From: Escherichia phage vB_EcoM_WFL6982
DNA length: 64,000 nucleotides
Sequence record: MK373774.1
Strand: one strand, 5' to 3'
A program made the position numbers and the translations under genes. The notes under the pieces were generated by a model, which had not been told where the DNA came from, made no database searches, and saw nothing but the letters and a program-made list of their open reading frames with translations. Below are positions 27,489-35,933 of the stretch, piece by piece; position 1 is the first letter of the stretch; each line of letters opens with the position of its first letter.

Positions 27489-28027
27489 TCTTTTATTTCC
27501 AGTAGTTTATTTGATTTAAGGTAATTAGCCTTTTCTAGGACTTCAGAAGCATATTTACTTCCGGCACTTGTCTTCCATCCCGCATTATATGAGGATATAG
27601 CTTTTCTTATATCCCCGTTATGTATATTTAACCAATAAGAAAATTCGATATAAGCCCATCTGGCTGAATTAGACCGCTTAGATAGCATTTTCTTAATTTG
27701 GGCATCAGTCATATTATAACCAAGCTGGTTAATTCTTGCCCTCATTGTCGGTAGATAATTTTGGAACATTCCATACGCATGGTGACCTTTCTTATCTTTA
27801 AGATTAATACCGGCAGATGATTCCTGCCATAGTATTGCGGCCATTATGTATCCAAGTCCTTTCTTATGCATATTTTCATGCGTTTTAAATTTTCCATCCT
27901 TAGAAAACTGTTCCCCAAACTGATAAGCATAATTCAAGTTATCGAGTTGGACATTACTAAAAGTATGCTCGGAGCTATGTGCTGATAATGAAAGAGCAAA
28001 TAGACCAGCGAGTAGTGCTTTTCTCAT
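27485..28027 (-). CDS. Secreted lytic transglycosylase-like protein (SLT domain)
   Basis: Signal peptide MRKALLAGLFALSLSAHS; AILWQESS ... YGMFQ resembles the SLT catalytic motif. Confidence 0.55.
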   Translation of the reverse strand: MRKALLAGLFALSLSAHSSEHTFSNVQLDNLNYAYQFGEQFSKDGKFKTHENMHKKGLGYIMAAILWQESSAGINLKDKKGHHAYGMFQNYLPTMRARINQLGYNMTDAQIKKMLSKRSNSARWAYIEFSYWLNIHNGDIRKAISSYNAGWKTSAGSKYASEVLEKANYLKSNKLLEIKE

Positions 28028-28035
28028 GTTTACCT

Positions 28036-28494
28036 CTAGATTTTAATCACTGCTTTAGAAGCTTTTCCTGGTAGTCGTTTATTGTTAATAATAGCCATTC
28101 TGCATTGAAGAGTCTTCATTTTGAATGCCGGATTTTCGCGACAAACTGTAAGTCCTAACCAAAGATTTCCGTCAGTTATTTCTAAACGGCCCGGGCGATA
28201 TTCGACACCTTCGACAAAATCTTCATCAACATCTGGACGTGCCGGCATTGATAAAAATTCTGCAACTTCTTTAACATGATTTTTTACTTTATGAAATAAT
28301 TCAAAAACGTAATTCTCATCTATTTCTCTCTGGATGGCACGATCTAAGAGATGTTGAGAATACTTGATATGAAAGCCTGGTAGTCCAAGAGACTTTGCAG
28401 CATCTTTTATACCGGCATTTATTTTGCGGAACTCCGTTTCAAAGATTCGACGGAGTTTATTACGGCGGATAAAAACGTCTGAATTGATAGTCAT
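28036..28494 (-). CDS. regB: RegB endoribonuclease
   Basis: 152 aa MTINSDVFIRRNKLRRIFETEFRKINAGIKDAAKSLGLPGFHIKYSQHLLDRAIQREIDENYVFELFHK...; T4 RegB-like end to end. Confidence 0.9.
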   Translation of the reverse strand: MTINSDVFIRRNKLRRIFETEFRKINAGIKDAAKSLGLPGFHIKYSQHLLDRAIQREIDENYVFELFHKVKNHVKEVAEFLSMPARPDVDEDFVEGVEYRPGRLEITDGNLWLGLTVCRENPAFKMKTLQCRMAIINNKRLPGKASKAVIKI

Positions 28495-28522
28495 TTTGAT
28501 TTCTCCTCTAGTTGACAGGTCT

Positions 28523-28551
28523 ATAGTAACACAACTAGAGGAGAAGTAAAC
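28523..28551 (-). promoter_or_regulatory. T4 early-type promoter inside a 14-bp perfect inverted repeat (regB promoter)
   Basis: Minus strand GTTTAC-TTCTCCTCTAGTTG-TGTTACTATAGACCTGT-CAACTAGAGGAGAA-ATCAAA-ATG; the right arm is also the SD. Approximate coordinates. Confidence 0.55.
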
Positions 28552-28850
28552 TACTCTTTGAAAGGAATTAACTTTTTAACTGCTTTAGATACTTCGTCAC
28601 GAACCTGGTGGAAGTTCTTGAGCTGTTCAAGGCGTTGTTCGTAATACGCAATCTCATCTTCTTCAAGACAATCGTCAGCGTCTTCTTTCAGATATGCCTT
28701 GTACTCATTAAAGAGGGCCCATAGGCGATTCTCAAAGTCATCAAGGCTTTGAATTTTCTTGTGCTTCGGAACAAGGCCAAAAGGATTGCTTTCAGTTATG
28801 CGTCTAGATGCTTCATAATGAGTTCCAAAGCCTGATAGGATTTGAGCCAT
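28551..28850 (-). CDS. Hypothetical protein (99 aa)
   Basis: Track ORF in the T4 vs.x position. Confidence 0.45.
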   Translation of the reverse strand: MAQILSGFGTHYEASRRITESNPFGLVPKHKKIQSLDDFENRLWALFNEYKAYLKEDADDCLEEDEIAYYEQRLEQLKNFHQVRDEVSKAVKKLIPFKE

Positions 28851-29119
28851 TAGTATTTTTCCTCAGGTCGAAATACTGCACGACAGGCCCACATGCTGGC
28901 TTCTTTTAGATGTTGCTTAGCATACTTAAGAGCCTGCACTGCATCCATATCTTCTTTGGTTTGTTGCTCTGTTTCGTTTTCTTTCAAGATATATGCTTCT
29001 TCAATCAGAGCATCAAACAACAATCCAAGACGGACTTCTGCATCTTTAATAGCGTTCACTTTACCGATTTTATCATCGGTATGCGGCTTGTAGCCTTTGA
29101 TGTCTTCAATCGACATAAG
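28850..29119 (-). CDS. Hypothetical helical protein (~89 aa)
   Basis: Track ORF 28850..29284; probable start at internal ATG ([18 protein letters not shown]...). Confidence 0.4.
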   Translation of the reverse strand, partial: LMSIEDIKGYKPHTDDKIGKVNAIKDAEVRLGLLFDALIEEAYILKENETEQQTKEDMDAVQALKYAKQHLKEASMWACRAVFRPEEKY

Positions 29120-29330
29120 GAATTTCCTCATCGGTGGCAAGGTCATATTCGACCAATTGGATAGGCTCATTAATACCATATCCACGTACAGTGATATCAG
29201 TTGCCGGATAGTTTCCAGTAATATCACCCATTCTAAATGCTTCAATGAATGATTGCTCGCCTGAGCAACTAAACCAGGCGGCAAAACATTTTAAAACATC
29301 TTCAGACCCTTCTATAATCAATTTAGCCAT
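29106..29330 (-). CDS. Hypothetical protein (74 aa)
   Basis: Track ORF. Confidence 0.45.
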   Translation of the reverse strand: MAKLIIEGSEDVLKCFAAWFSCSGEQSFIEAFRMGDITGNYPATDITVRGYGINEPIQLVEYDLATDEEIPYVD

Positions 29331-29692
29331 TATAGACTCTCAGTAAAGGTACGAGCGATAACGTCACGCTGCTGTCCCGGAGTCAGAGAGTTAAAGCGAA
29401 CTGCATAACCGGATACACGGATGGTCAACTGCGGATATTTTTCTGGATGCTTAACTGCATCTTCCAGAGTTTCACGACGCAGAACATTAACGTTCAGGTG
29501 TTGACCACCTTCAATTTTAACTTTAGGTTGATGTTCAATTTCAATTTCACGGGCATTCAAACCGTAGAAAATTTCCGGGTCTACAATAGCGTCTTCTTTA
29601 AAAGTCTTAGAGACAATAATCCGGGCTTGAGTACCGTCTTCAAAATAAATAGTGCCTTTATGTGCACCTTCAAGAATTTGATATGCTTTCAT
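29330..29692 (-). CDS. Autonomous glycyl-radical cofactor (GrcA/YfiD-like)
   Basis: C-terminal [59 protein letters not shown] is near-identical to E. coli GrcA including the RVSGYAV glycyl-radical site. Confidence 0.85.
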   Translation of the reverse strand: MKAYQILEGAHKGTIYFEDGTQARIIVSKTFKEDAIVDPEIFYGLNAREIEIEHQPKVKIEGGQHLNVNVLRRETLEDAVKHPEKYPQLTIRVSGYAVRFNSLTPGQQRDVIARTFTESL

Positions 29693-29698
29693 ATAACC

Positions 29699-30007
29699 TC
29701 AATTAGAAAATAAATTTATCCAAGATTTTTCTTTAATCAAAAATGGGTCGGAATTAAACGCCATTAAACTTTGAGTGATTAATCCCTTAAATGGCCCATC
29801 AATAAATTCCATTTTGAAATGCGGAATACTAGTCATCAACCGTGCATTAGGAGCAGTACAAAGAACCTGCTGCCCTGCGAACGGACCTTTAGTCAAACGG
29901 TATCGTTTAGGTTTAAAATGGTAAATCTCGTAATTTTTTACAAGGGCCCTTTTATTGCATACTGGGCTGTTATAACAATATTCAAAAACTTCAATAGTGG
30001 TCATCAT
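29699..30007 (-). CDS. Hypothetical protein (102 aa)
   Basis: Track ORF. Confidence 0.45.
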   Translation of the reverse strand: MMTTIEVFEYCYNSPVCNKRALVKNYEIYHFKPKRYRLTKGPFAGQQVLCTAPNARLMTSIPHFKMEFIDGPFKGLITQSLMAFNSDPFLIKEKSWINLFSN

Positions 30008-30543
30008 TGCATTCCAATCACAAAAAATTGAGGACGAGCATTACCGCCGATGCAATATTTGCTTTTGCAACAGTGTTGGACTGTTTTAATATGTACATTG
30101 TAAATCTTATCCATATCAGGAGCTTTAATAGGCTCGTCAATTATATACAGAATACGAGAAAGCGTTAATCCACGGAATTTAGAACCTTCATTGCCAATAA
30201 AACTACGAACAGAATCAGTAAATAAACGGAATCGAATATCGTCGCTAGAATAACGAGAAAATTCTTTTTCAATGTTGCCGGCAGAAATTTTAGCATAAGC
30301 CGAAGTATTAGAAAGAACAATAACTGTTCCACCATCATACAGCCAATTAACAGCAAAATTAGTTACTGCGGTCGATTTACCTGATTGTCTGCCACCGTCT
30401 AAACGAAGTGTACAGTACTGCTTGAGTACGTCTTCAAATGGTGGGACATAACCATTCTTACAAATTTCTTCTACTCTAGCATCAGAATGGTGTGTAAAAG
30501 CATTCATCAGGGATAGATAAGGACCAGTTAAAAATGTTCTCAT
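30004..30543 (-). CDS. Small P-loop NTPase (~179 aa)
   Basis: Track ORF 30004..30579; ATG at M13 (MRTFLTGPY...). Walker A GGRQSGKST, Walker B-like ILYIIDEP. Confidence 0.5.
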   Translation of the reverse strand: MRTFLTGPYLSLMNAFTHHSDARVEEICKNGYVPPFEDVLKQYCTLRLDGGRQSGKSTAVTNFAVNWLYDGGTVIVLSNTSAYAKISAGNIEKEFSRYSSDDIRFRLFTDSVRSFIGNEGSKFRGLTLSRILYIIDEPIKAPDMDKIYNVHIKTVQHCCKSKYCIGGNARPQFFVIGMQ

Positions 30544-30715
30544 ATTATTTCTCTTAAGGTTTGGACCATTCCGTGGCACATGTTAGGTCCTTCGACTCGC
30601 TATGTAAACCCATTACCGCATTGCGCTCGACCTTATTACAGGTTGGAAAAGGTACATCACTCAGAGGACTCGACGTTCATGAGGAGAGGTTGCGTTTCCC
30701 TTTATTAGGCAAGAA

Positions 30716-31045
30716 TTATACTCTAGGCTTTTGAGCTTGTTTGGTATTGGATTCCCATGCGGCTTTGGTAATTTTGTTAGCGGCATAACCAAAGGCATTA
30801 GATAGAACACCTTTAGAGTTGAATACATCCAATCCAATAAGTACACCGGCTGTGTTAAATTTAGGAGCAAAGTACGCATTAGTTTTAGAAAGAACTTTTT
30901 TCAATTCAGGGTCTTGAACCAAGCCATCAAAAACGCCTTTACTATTTACTTTGTATGTTACTTTGGGATTTTTACCTTCTTCGATAGCAGCTTTCTGTTC
31001 CGCAGATAATGTAACTTCAGTGATAAACTCCTGATATGTTTTCAT
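30716..31045 (-). CDS. Internal protein (capsid-targeted, IPII/IPIII-like)
   Basis: N-terminus MKTYQEFITEV matches the T4 capsid targeting sequence; small, Lys-rich. Confidence 0.6.
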   Translation of the reverse strand: MKTYQEFITEVTLSAEQKAAIEEGKNPKVTYKVNSKGVFDGLVQDPELKKVLSKTNAYFAPKFNTAGVLIGLDVFNSKGVLSNAFGYAANKITKAAWESNTKQAQKPRV

Positions 31046-31075
31046 TTTTGTTTCCTTGTTTGTTTTGATAGAGTA

Positions 31076-31105
31076 ATTATACCATATTAATACTTAAGCG
31101 TAAAC
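31076..31105 (-). promoter_or_regulatory. T4 early-type promoter (GTTTAC, 18 bp, TATAAT)
   Basis: Minus strand GTTTACGCTTAAGTATTAATATGG-TATAAT-TACTCTATCAAAAC upstream of the internal protein gene. Approximate coordinates. Confidence 0.5.
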
Positions 31106-31108
31106 AAT

Positions 31109-31363
31109 TTAAGCTTTACCGCCAGAAATAATTCCGAAGTTGTTAAAATCATATCCAATATCGTCAACATCTACTTTAGGACTTGCTACAACATAAGCAA
31201 TTTCACTACGTTTTGCATAGGTGTTGATTTCTTTACCATCGCCACCTAAGAAAGAATACCCATTACGTTTTAATGAGCCAAAGTCTTCCGCATCACCAAT
31301 GAAAGCTTTAACTTTAAATTTGGGGTCTTTGGCATCTGCTTCAATGATAAATTCTTGATACAT
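31109..31363 (-). CDS. Internal protein-like (CTS-like N-terminus)
   Basis: N-terminus MYQEFIIEA resembles the capsid targeting sequence; 84 aa. Confidence 0.45.
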   Translation of the reverse strand: MYQEFIIEADAKDPKFKVKAFIGDAEDFGSLKRNGYSFLGGDGKEINTYAKRSEIAYVVASPKVDVDDIGYDFNNFGIISGGKA

Positions 31364-31375
31364 TTTCGTTTTTCC

Positions 31376-31789
31376 TTAGTAAATTGATTTACCATAGTAT
31401 TTGTACCAAGTCGGACGTTGAGCAATTTTTTCATCTAAGCGTGCTTGACTTATCGCAATGGACGCTTCGGACGGGACGTAATTATTACGAAATTCGGCAG
31501 GGATGTCGGAAATATCCTGGACAGTCGTGTCCTTGATTTTGAAACCACGTTTCAAGCATTCAGCGATTAGCTCGTTTTGACGTAAACGTAAAAATTCGAG
31601 TTTGTCGTAAAAGAATGTTACGTGACCTGTGCCTAAGATAAATGTTGGAGAGATTTTAAAATCCTTTACACGTTTACCGTTTTGAACATGTTTACGGACT
31701 GCACCAAATACGCGTGGTAATTCACGATACTCAGCCATAAGATGTTGGTCGGCCAGTTCAGAAACAAGTGTTAAATTGATACGGGTCAT
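31376..31789 (-). CDS. denV: Endonuclease V (pyrimidine dimer DNA glycosylase)
   Basis: From internal [70 protein letters not shown]..., near-identical to T4 endonuclease V. Confidence 0.95.
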   Translation of the reverse strand: MTRINLTLVSELADQHLMAEYRELPRVFGAVRKHVQNGKRVKDFKISPTFILGTGHVTFFYDKLEFLRLRQNELIAECLKRGFKIKDTTVQDISDIPAEFRNNYVPSEASIAISQARLDEKIAQRPTWYKYYGKSIY

Positions 31790-31847
31790 AATTTCCTCCA
31801 AGTAGTTGATGAATGTATAGTATCAAAACCCTTGGAGGAAGTAAACA

Positions 31848-32129
31848 CTATTTTTCTGAAGCGCCTGAAATATATTTTTCAAGACGTTGTTTCATCAGCG
31901 AGCCGTTCTTAGCGATTTCTTCTGGTTTATCGCACATACGCAACAAGGCTTCAAGCTTAGCGATATCGCTGGTACGTTCAAATTTGCGAGTATCTATCTT
32001 ACTAGCAAGTTCAGAAATACGTGCTAATAGACTTTCAGCTTCAACCAAAGCTGCACCTAGCTTAGTTGCAAATGTGTCAGTAGCTTCGTTAAGAATAGAT
32101 TCTGATAAAAATTCACTATATGTTTTCAT
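31848..32129 (-). CDS. Internal protein (capsid-targeted)
   Basis: From internal [19 protein letters not shown]... (CTS-like); overlaps the lysozyme stop. Confidence 0.5.
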   Translation of the reverse strand: MKTYSEFLSESILNEATDTFATKLGAALVEAESLLARISELASKIDTRKFERTSDIAKLEALLRMCDKPEEIAKNGSLMKQRLEKYISGASEK

Positions 32130-32614
32130 ATATACGCTTTCCAAGTTCCTGTTTTAAATGTTGAGATTACGCGTTTCGCGCGATTAGGTGTCTGACGATA
32201 CCATTTAGATTGGGCTAGATTTACTGCCGCTTCATCCCAACGTTTCTGTTGAAGCATACGAAGAGAATTAGTAAAACCGGCGACTCCTGCTACACCCATT
32301 TGGAAGACCATATTGACCAATGCACACCGACGAACTGCATCTAAAGAATCATATACCGGTTTAAGTTTAGCATTACCCAAGATTCCGCGGACGGCTTTAT
32401 CAACGTCTTCATTAAATAGCTTTTCAGCCTCATCAAGGGTAATTGTACCGTTGCATTTACGACCGATCATTCTGTCAAGTTCAGCTTTAGCTACGGCTAA
32501 AGACGGGTTCTTTGTTACTAAATGGCCTATGCCAATAGTCCAAAAGCCTTCGGTGTCTTTGTATAAAGTCAGTCTAAGACCTTCGTCATTACGAAGCATT
32601 TCAAATATATTCAT
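32126..32614 (-). CDS. e: Lysozyme (endolysin e)
   Basis: From internal [82 protein letters not shown]...; unmistakably T4 lysozyme. Confidence 0.97.
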   Translation of the reverse strand: MNIFEMLRNDEGLRLTLYKDTEGFWTIGIGHLVTKNPSLAVAKAELDRMIGRKCNGTITLDEAEKLFNEDVDKAVRGILGNAKLKPVYDSLDAVRRCALVNMVFQMGVAGVAGFTNSLRMLQQKRWDEAAVNLAQSKWYRQTPNRAKRVISTFKTGTWKAYI

Positions 32615-32648
32615 AATACCTCCCACGTTTATAGGAGGTATTTATTAC

Positions 32649-33077
32649 TTATAGGAGTGTAGTGAGCACCTTATATAATGATTTGCCCATTACATATTCC
32701 CATTGAGAAGGTTTAATTAAAGCGAATGCATCAAATTCAGGAATCTGTCGTCCGTCTGGGAATGTATGATAGGAATTACAAACACTGTTTCTGAATTGCT
32801 CGTGCTCTACAGGGATGGTATATAGGAACAGATGAATATTCTTATTGTCTGAGTAATGATGTTCACCTAGGTCTTTCAGGAAGGCAGGGTCATATTGTGT
32901 AAACCCAGTTTCTTCTTCGCATTCACGAAGAGCTTCAAGGCCACACATAGGCTCGATACCAGTAATGTGAACTTGATTAATCTGATACTCTACATCTTCT
33001 AACTGAGCGAAAACATAACGACGTTCTGCTGCACAACCAGGTTTAGCTTTACCGAAACGTTTATTCAAAGTAGTCAT
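32649..33077 (-). CDS. nudE: Nudix hydrolase NudE-like
   Basis: Track ORF 32649..33095 (GTG); ATG at M7 with GGAGAT SD. Nudix-box-like REcEEETGF; T4 e.1 position. Confidence 0.6.
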   Translation of the reverse strand: MTTLNKRFGKAKPGCAAERRYVFAQLEDVEYQINQVHITGIEPMCGLEALRECEEETGFTQYDPAFLKDLGEHHYSDNKNIHLFLYTIPVEHEQFRNSVCNSYHTFPDGRQIPEFDAFALIKPSQWEYVMGKSLYKVLTTLL

Positions 33078-33115
33078 TTTTATATCTCCATTCACTCATT
33101 TGTTTTGATAGGTCT

Positions 33116-33145
33116 ATAGTATCAACAACTACAGACCTTGTAAAC
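33116..33145 (-). promoter_or_regulatory. T4 early-type promoter
   Basis: Minus strand GTTTACA-AGGTCTGTAGTTGTTGA-TACTAT-AGACCTATCAAAAC; AGGTCT/AGACCT arms flank the -10. Approximate coordinates. Confidence 0.5.
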
Positions 33146-33157
33146 TGTTTTGTGAAA

Positions 33158-34114
33158 TTATTTGAAAGGTTTTACCATATGAAAGTTTTGTTTGAAACGC
33201 TTGACGTAATCGTCGTGTCCTAAGCTTTGGTACATACTTACTACTTTGCTATAATTTTCCCAAGCGAACTCACGGAACCATCCTGATGTGATTGATGTAC
33301 AGACCTTTTCAAGGGCCATCATAAAACTATCACGTGGATGGATTTTAAAGTCGTTAGGAATCTGTGAACGTTCAAGAGCTAATACACAAGCTTCTTCATA
33401 TACACCGGCTAATTTAACCATTTCTGGTAATGATTCGAACTTCTCGCGTGATGTCATAACTTCTGAGCCTTCTTTCATATAAAACTTATAAGCAGGCTGG
33501 TCAGTTAGTGCAATGGCTTCATGGATAGTATCATGGTCATACGTATAGATGTCATCTTTAAAGAACGCACTTTTAGAAGTGTCAAGAACTGGGTGAGCAT
33601 AATTCAAGGTTTCTTTCTGGCGTTTCAGCATAATTTCAGTAAGTTCATCGTTCAGTGTAACACCTTTACCACGAAGATACTGAATATGGTTCATAGTCTT
33701 TAAAAAGAATGGATTATTTTTCTTGAAACGATGAGACATCTTAATTGCAAGACATATCTCAGGAGTTGCCCAGTAAAACCCGTTCAAACGGTCTTTAGTC
33801 AAATTTTTCTTGGCGTATTTTAAAAGGTCATAAGAAGACGTGAAATCTTCAGGAGTGAGTTCACCGACTAATTCACGGACATTAGTGATTGCCGGAACAA
33901 TATATGCTTCAAAATGAGTTTCGCGTCCATTATGGAAGCATTTGAAAACTTGGACATCAGGGTTATCTTGGTGAACATATACACCCATCATTTGATTTTT
34001 GAATGTATTCCAAGAACCTTGGTCCGCAATAAAGTCCCAATCACTATTTTTAATAGCGCTAGAATCAATAAGACCGTGATAGTGAAGTGCACGAGAACCA
34101 ATAACTAACATCAT
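33158..34114 (-). CDS. Hypothetical protein (318 aa), weak nucleotidyltransferase-like N-terminal motif
   Basis: N-terminal LVIGSRALHYHGLIDSSAIKNSDWDF loosely resembles a GS...DxD NTase signature with atypical spacing; otherwise unrecognised. Confidence 0.45.
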   Translation of the reverse strand: MMLVIGSRALHYHGLIDSSAIKNSDWDFIADQGSWNTFKNQMMGVYVHQDNPDVQVFKCFHNGRETHFEAYIVPAITNVRELVGELTPEDFTSSYDLLKYAKKNLTKDRLNGFYWATPEICLAIKMSHRFKKNNPFFLKTMNHIQYLRGKGVTLNDELTEIMLKRQKETLNYAHPVLDTSKSAFFKDDIYTYDHDTIHEAIALTDQPAYKFYMKEGSEVMTSREKFESLPEMVKLAGVYEEACVLALERSQIPNDFKIHPRDSFMMALEKVCTSITSGWFREFAWENYSKVVSMYQSLGHDDYVKRFKQNFHMVKPFK

Positions 34115-34142
34115 AATATTTTCCTCGGATTAATTCATTAAC

Positions 34143-34394
34143 TTAAATTTCACGACATGCGATATTATATTCATCCCAGAGGTCATCATGTGAAGCCTCT
34201 ACCAATGGAACGATTGTACCGTTTATGTCTTCATTATAAGGGCAAATTGTACAGTGCGCATCTTCGAATCGGATGCCTTTGTGTTCAGATTTTTTATAAC
34301 GCATATCGAATATCTTTGCAAACTTTTCACGAGTAATGGTTTTACCAACCACTTTGGTTCCGATACTTTCGTAATAAATCATTGTGGACTCCAT
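34143..34394 (-). CDS. Hypothetical protein (83 aa)
   Basis: Track ORF; ATG start downstream of an early promoter. Confidence 0.45.
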   Translation of the reverse strand: MESTMIYYESIGTKVVGKTITREKFAKIFDMRYKKSEHKGIRFEDAHCTICPYNEDINGTIVPLVEASHDDLWDEYNIACREI

Positions 34395-34410
34395 TTGGTT
34401 TGATAGGACT

Positions 34411-34440
34411 ACTATAACATAGCCCTATCTTGTTGTAAAC
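34411..34440 (-). promoter_or_regulatory. T4 early-type promoter with 10-bp inverted repeat
   Basis: Minus strand GTTTACAACAA-GATAGGGCTA-TGTTATAG-TAGTCCTATC-AAACC. Approximate coordinates. Confidence 0.5.
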
Positions 34441-34444
34441 TGTT

Positions 34445-34642
34445 TTAGCAAGAATAACTAGATGATACCCAGCCTTGAACAGTGATACTATTGTGGGATA
34501 ATGAGATCGCGTCCTGGAGATTCAGACCTGCGTTATCTTCAATCCATAATGTAACTTCTTCGCGTTCTTCTGTTGCAATTTGGAACAGGTTTTCCAGAGC
34601 AGCTACTGTCGTACGTACAGCACAATCTAATTCACGAGACAT
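34445..34642 (-). CDS. Small protein, member 3 of the WVxSSxxC family (65 aa)
   Basis: Ends ...ITVQGWVSSSYSC; AAGGAAACAAT-ATG ribosome-site spacing shared with the two upstream paralogs. Confidence 0.5.
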   Translation of the reverse strand: MSRELDCAVRTTVAALENLFQIATEEREEVTLWIEDNAGLNLQDAISLSHNSITVQGWVSSSYSC

Positions 34643-34651
34643 ATTGTTTCC

Positions 34652-34924
34652 TTAGCAAGTGTGAGAAGATGCGACCCAACCACCAGTTTCGAGGCTCAGG
34701 TTGTAGTCGTATTGGTAAACGTCAGCCCATTCAGCATAGCCGTTTTTTGTACAACGTTCAAGATCGGCTTTAAGATGTCCGGGTGAATGATAGGTTCCAC
34801 CCATACCATAAGCTGGATACAAGACGAATGTTGTGTTTTGTTTATCAGCAATTTCTTTGGCAGCCTCAATAGCTGCATAAATTTTTGCTACAGCTTCAGC
34901 CAGTTCGGTTTGTTCTTTAGACAT
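34652..34924 (-). CDS. Small protein, member 2 of the WVxSSxxC family (90 aa)
   Basis: Ends ...ETGGWVASSHTC; shares a YGxGxTYxxPG block with member 1. Confidence 0.5.
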   Translation of the reverse strand: MSKEQTELAEAVAKIYAAIEAAKEIADKQNTTFVLYPAYGMGGTYHSPGHLKADLERCTKNGYAEWADVYQYDYNLSLETGGWVASSHTC

Positions 34925-34933
34925 AATGATTCC

Positions 34934-35239
34934 TTAGCACAACGCAGAAGACGAAACCCAAGCACCTTCAGTAATAACGTAACCATTACCTTCACGCTTA
35001 ACATCGCCACCATTATTTTCAATTTCATCTTTCATCCACTGGGATACGATTTCACCCTTAGGATAATAAGTACGACCGCTACCATAATCACCTACAGAAA
35101 ATGATACGGCATATTGGTCTGCGATCTTTGTTGCTTCTTCTTCGATACGTTCAGCTTGATTCAGAAGTTTATAAATTGCATCTGAAGCGGATTTGGCATC
35201 ATTAAACTCTGGTACTTTAATTTCAATAATCTTACTCAT
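34934..35239 (-). CDS. Small protein, member 1 of the WVxSSxxC family (101 aa)
   Basis: Ends ...TEGAWVSSSALC; start overlaps the upstream membrane ORF stop. Confidence 0.5.
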   Translation of the reverse strand: MSKIIEIKVPEFNDAKSASDAIYKLLNQAERIEEEATKIADQYAVSFSVGDYGSGRTYYPKGEIVSQWMKDEIENNGGDVKREGNGYVITEGAWVSSSALC

Positions 35240-35595
35240 TTTCTACATTCCTTAATAAAGTTTTCGATTGTTTCATTTTCACGTCTAGCTAGGAGTTCAT
35301 TATAACTAATCATTTGAGAAGCGTAAACCTTTTTATTTTTCTTGTTATGGTTTATAAAATCGTAGTAAAAATAGACTACAGTACAAAAGGATGCGATGGA
35401 TGCAAAGGCTTGGGTATACCGTAAGTCCTGCCATTGGTCTGTGAATCCACCAGTGTTCCCTATAAATCCTAACACAACGCCATCAATAAGAAATCCAACT
35501 AATCCAAAGGCAAATCCCATGCCGGCGCTCATGATAAAAATTAAAATATTCTCACCAAGAGAAGGCCATACGGTTAAGAGTTGAGGCTTTTGCAT
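35236..35595 (-). CDS. Membrane protein (119 aa)
   Basis: Hydrophobic helices ILIFIMSAGMGFAFGLVGFLIDGVVLGFIG and AFASIASFCTVVYFYY. Confidence 0.5.
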   Translation of the reverse strand: MQKPQLLTVWPSLGENILIFIMSAGMGFAFGLVGFLIDGVVLGFIGNTGGFTDQWQDLRYTQAFASIASFCTVVYFYYDFINHNKKNKKVYASQMISYNELLARRENETIENFIKECRK

Positions 35596-35933
35596 CTTAT
35601 TTCCTTAACGAATTCCATAGCTTCTTCATATTCATACTTTTTAACAGCTTCATCATACTGAGCTTGGGCTTTTGCGCACTGAACTTTCCACTCGCGAACT
35701 CGAGCTCTGTGATGACGGCCTTGGTGCCAATATCCTGCCCAATTAATAGGCATTAATAAAAATGGTACAATAAGTGGGGCGACGAACATTAATGAAAATG
35801 CTGCATCAGACGATATAACTTTACTAGAATCTAAAACAGCTCCTATAATCATAAAGATTAAAAATGCTAAAGCTAAAATAGGGCCAAATAGTACTTCGTT
35901 TGGGATTAATTTACGTTTGTATTCGTATGCCAA
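35574..35933 (-). CDS. Membrane protein (up to 119 aa; start uncertain)
   Basis: Track ORF begins with TTG inside the U-run of the upstream terminator; first in-frame ATG is at residue 28 with no SD. Hydrophobic helices and a basic HQGRHHRARVREWK segment. Confidence 0.4.
   Translation of the reverse strand: MAYEYKRKLIPNEVLFGPILALAFLIFMIIGAVLDSSKVISSDAAFSLMFVAPLIVPFLLMPINWAGYWHQGRHHRARVREWKVQCAKAQAQYDEAVKKYEYEEAMEFVKEIRCKSLNS

Noticed and set aside
30661-30879. Track ORF 30661..30879 (72 aa) and the 30580..30715 intergenic region as a possible extra gene or ncRNA
   Set aside because: The ORF overlaps the internal-protein gene in another frame. The intergenic region has repeated TCGAC-containing motifs but no convincing structure; more likely a 5' UTR/promoter region for the P-loop gene.
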